Assembly (NCBI GenBank): GCA_009919265.1
Contig: RGCF01000002.1
Span: 11,059 to 75,058 of the forward strand
Reading direction: 5' to 3'
DNA length: 64,000 bases
From: Bacteroidota bacterium
GTDB lineage: Bacteria; Bacteroidota; Ignavibacteria; Kapaibacteriales; UBA961
Shown: piece by piece, positions 61,338 to 64,000 of the stretch
Layout of the letters: each line of letters opens with the position of its first letter
How positions within the stretch are numbered: position 1 is the stretch's first letter
Translations under genes and position numbers: made by a program
Notes under the pieces: generated by a model
Told to the model about the DNA's origin: nothing
Database searches by the model: none
The model's input: only the letters and a program-made list of their open reading frames with translations

Positions 61338-62648
61338 ATGAATATTCAAAAGTTCACCTTAAAATCGCAAGAAGCCCTTCAAACTGCTCAAGAAATTGCA
61401 CATGGCTATGGGAATCAGTCTATAGAACCGGTTCACCTTCTTGCCGCTTTGATTCAAGATGCATCAGGCATTGTTCCTCCCATGCTCATGAAAATTGGAG
61501 CAAATGTTAATTTTCTCAAAATCAAACTCAATGAGCAAATGGGTTCATTGCCAACTGTATCTGGTTCGACAGGAAATTATGTGTCGCAAGACTTAAATTC
61601 GCTCCTCGAAACAGCATTGCAAGAAGCAAAATCCATGAATGATGAATATGCAAGCGTTGAGCATTTGTTAATAGCATGCACGGAAATCAAATCGCCTGCC
61701 GCGCAATTACTCAAGGACCAGGGAATCAATCGCGATGCAATCAAAAAGATAATCACTGAGACAAGAGGCTCGCAGCGTGTAACAGATCAAAATCCTGAAG
61801 ACAAGTATCAGGCATTACAGAAATATGGCAGGATTTTAAACGATGAAGCTCGCAAAGGAAAGATCGATCCAGTTATTGGAAGAGAAGATGAGATTCGAAG
61901 AATTCTTCAAGTTCTCTCCCGTAGAACAAAAAATAATCCGGTAATCATCGGTGAACCTGGTGTTGGAAAAACTGCAATTGTTGAAGGCATTGCCCAAAGA
62001 ATTGTAAGCGGTGATGTTCCCGATACTTTGCGTTCCAAGACAATCGTTGCACTAGATTTGGGTGCTCTTGTTGCTGGCACAAGTTTTCGTGGACAATTTG
62101 AAGAACGACTAAAGGCAATCGTTCAACAAGTCACAGATTCAGATGGAGAGATCATATTGTTCATCGATGAGTTACATACTTTGATCGGAGCTGGTGCAAC
62201 AGGAGGCTCAATGGATGCTGCTAATATTCTCAAGCCCGCATTGGCTAGAGGAGATTTACGGTGTATAGGTGCTACAACGTTGGATGAATATCAAAAATAT
62301 ATCGAAAAAGACCCTGCATTAGAAAGGCGTTTTCAGAAAGTACTTGTGGAAGAGCCAACCATCGATGATACCATTTCAATTCTTCGTGGATTAAAAGAAC
62401 GATATGAAGTGCATCATGGTGTGCGAATTACCGATTCGGCGATTGTTGCTGCAGCGCAATTGTCTTCTCGATATATCACAGATCGCTTCCTCCCTGACAA
62501 AGCAATAGATTTAGTTGATGAAGCAGCAAGTAAATTGCGCATTGAAATTGATTCAATGCCTGAAGAATTGGATAATCTTGAAAGAAAGATTCGTCAACTT
62601 GAAATTGAAAAACAAGCATTGCTCAGAGAAATCGAAGCGGACTCATAA
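61338..62648 (+). CDS. clpB: ClpB chaperone, truncated: N-domain, AAA+ NBD1 and the start of the coiled-coil M-domain only; possible pseudogene or assembly break
   Basis: 436 aa. '[13 protein letters not shown]', '[14 protein letters not shown]' and '[12 protein letters not shown]'. It ends at '...[16 protein letters not shown]', where canonical ClpB continues for 400+ aa including NBD2. Confidence 0.85.
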   Translation: MNIQKFTLKSQEALQTAQEIAHGYGNQSIEPVHLLAALIQDASGIVPPMLMKIGANVNFLKIKLNEQMGSLPTVSGSTGNYVSQDLNSLLETALQEAKSMNDEYASVEHLLIACTEIKSPAAQLLKDQGINRDAIKKIITETRGSQRVTDQNPEDKYQALQKYGRILNDEARKGKIDPVIGREDEIRRILQVLSRRTKNNPVIIGEPGVGKTAIVEGIAQRIVSGDVPDTLRSKTIVALDLGALVAGTSFRGQFEERLKAIVQQVTDSDGEIILFIDELHTLIGAGATGGSMDAANILKPALARGDLRCIGATTLDEYQKYIEKDPALERRFQKVLVEEPTIDDTISILRGLKERYEVHHGVRITDSAIVAAAQLSSRYITDRFLPDKAIDLVDEAASKLRIEIDSMPEELDNLERKIRQLEIEKQALLREIEADS

Positions 62649-62661
62649 TACCAGTTGGGAT

Positions 62662-63318
62662 TTATGGATTCAATCGCTGTTTGGTCCATGAATCGCCTTG
62701 TTTCTGGTATTGAATGCGATCATGAAGTCGACCAATTCTTCCCTGCCAGAATTCAATGCTCAATGGTGAAACAGCAAAACCGCCCCAATGTTCAGGCATG
62801 GGAATATGCTCAATACCTTGAAATCGTAATTCCATTTCCTTGAATTTCTTTTCTAATTCTTCTCGAGAAGAAATTGGCTTGCTTTGATCAGAAGCCCATG
62901 CGCCCAATTGGCTTTCGCGTGGACGAGTTGCAAAATATTGCTCGCTTTCTTGTATGGAAATTTTTGTTGCCTTCCCTTCGATTCTGATTTGTCTTTCAGC
63001 ATCAAGCCACAAGAATAACAAAGAAACATGAGGATTGAGTAGTATGTCTTGGGCTTTTCTACTCTCATAATTTGTGAAAAAGACAAATGAACCCTGCTCC
63101 AAACCCTTCAAGAGTACTGCTCTTGAAGAAGGCTTACCTTCTTTGGACACAGTGGTAAGAATCATTGCATTGGGTTCTGATATATTCATGGCACCGGTTT
63201 CAGAAAACCACTGAGCAAACAATGCAATAGGATCTTCAGGAATGGATTGTTCAATCAGATCTCCGCGTTTGTATTCTTTGCGAAGAGAAGAAATATCATC
63301 GAGAGGAATCATTGTCAT
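62662..63318 (-). CDS. pdxH: Pyridoxamine 5'-phosphate oxidase
   Basis: 218 aa. Carries 'PSSRAVLLKG', 'FVFFTNYESRKA' and 'IEFWQGRIGRLHDRIQY'. Confidence 0.92.
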   Translation of the reverse strand: MTMIPLDDISSLRKEYKRGDLIEQSIPEDPIALFAQWFSETGAMNISEPNAMILTTVSKEGKPSSRAVLLKGLEQGSFVFFTNYESRKAQDILLNPHVSLLFLWLDAERQIRIEGKATKISIQESEQYFATRPRESQLGAWASDQSKPISSREELEKKFKEMELRFQGIEHIPMPEHWGGFAVSPLSIEFWQGRIGRLHDRIQYQKQGDSWTKQRLNP

Positions 63319-64000
63319 TGTAGTGCTTTTTGAATAGTTGTAACATTTTGTTCAAACATGCCTATATATGTTCCTGCTTTTGTGCCTGGGGTATCCAATG
63401 CATCGGCAAAAAGATTTCCGCCTATGCGCACTGTTCCACCACGCGTTTGTACATTGTGTAATAGAGCTTCCATGGAGCGTGGTGCAATTGATTTTTCAAC
63501 AAAAATGGATCGAACTTTTTTATCGATAATGAGATCACCAATGCGCATGAGATCATTCATTCCAAAATCACTGAGTGTTGACATACCTTGAAGACCAATC
63601 ACTTGTATGTCATATGCATTTCCAAAATATCCAAAGGCATCGTGAGCAGTGATAAGAATTCTGCGTTCTTTTGGAATTAGTGAAATCATCGAGTCTACAT
63701 GGTGATCAAGTTGATGCAATTTCTCAACATATTGATTGATTCGGTCGGCATTGTCTTGTATGACTTTCGGATAGTTCTGTTGAATTTGCTTCAATATGCC
63801 TTCCAGTGCGAGAGACCATAATTCCACATCAAACCATAAATGAGGATCATAAGCACCATCGATATAGCGGAGACGATGTTTTGGCAATTGTTCTGACATC
63901 GCAATAACAACTTTTTTTTCAGACAACTTATGCAATACTTCGCCCATTTTACCTTCAAGATGCAAACCATTGTGAATGATGATGTCTGCATTCAGCAATA
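63315..64000 (-). CDS. Metal ABC-transporter substrate-binding protein (ZnuA/TroA/MntA cluster-9 family), partial; N-terminus lies outside the window
   Basis: 'NGLHLEGKM', 'DPHLWFDVELW' and 'ITAHDAFGYFGNAY'. Overlaps the pdxH start by 4 nt. Confidence 0.8.
   Translation of the reverse strand, partial: LLNADIIIHNGLHLEGKMGEVLHKLSEKKVVIAMSEQLPKHRLRYIDGAYDPHLWFDVELWSLALEGILKQIQQNYPKVIQDNADRINQYVEKLHQLDHHVDSMISLIPKERRILITAHDAFGYFGNAYDIQVIGLQGMSTLSDFGMNDLMRIGDLIIDKKVRSIFVEKSIAPRSMEALLHNVQTRGGTVRIGGNLFADALDTPGTKAGTYIGMFEQNVTTIQKALQ

Overview
Densely coding, low-GC bacterial chromosomal segment made up almost entirely of housekeeping genes. Identified functions are purine, riboflavin and isoprenoid synthesis, ATP synthase beta/epsilon, nuoJK, Tat export, replication and repair (dnaA, dnaN, recF), and cell-envelope proteins. 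Several features point to an FCB-group organism (Bacteroidota/Ignavibacteriota/Chlorobiota-like). These are TTTG-N19/20-TAnnTTTG promoters, BshC, a PorX-like receiver-PglZ regulator, a CarboxypepD_reg-type TonB receptor, DUF5683 and YARHG proteins, and a stand-alone atpDC pair. Three tRNAs are present: Ala-GGC, Asp-GTC and a CAT-anticodon tRNA that looks like tRNA-Ile2. I found no CRISPR array, transposase, integrase, phage gene or recognisable defence system, and I do not see a convincing novel multi-gene system. The observations most worth a second look are listed here. (1) clpB stops in the middle domain, 13 nt from the stop codon of the convergent pdxH. (2) A TatD hydrolase ORF runs in frame into a signal peptide plus outer-membrane beta-barrel. 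(3) A 3' remnant of a tag-like glycosylase gene begins within a few nt of the 3' end of the CAT tRNA. (4) A translationally coupled module encodes a CNNM transporter, a CC-motif secreted protein and a TonB receptor, followed by ribE and bshC. (5) A 647-bp non-coding region lies upstream of dnaA, and dnaA, dnaN and recF are dispersed. (6) Two non-coding stretches between convergent genes carry stable or mutually exclusive hairpins. All functional calls rest on by-eye motif recognition, and no database search was run.
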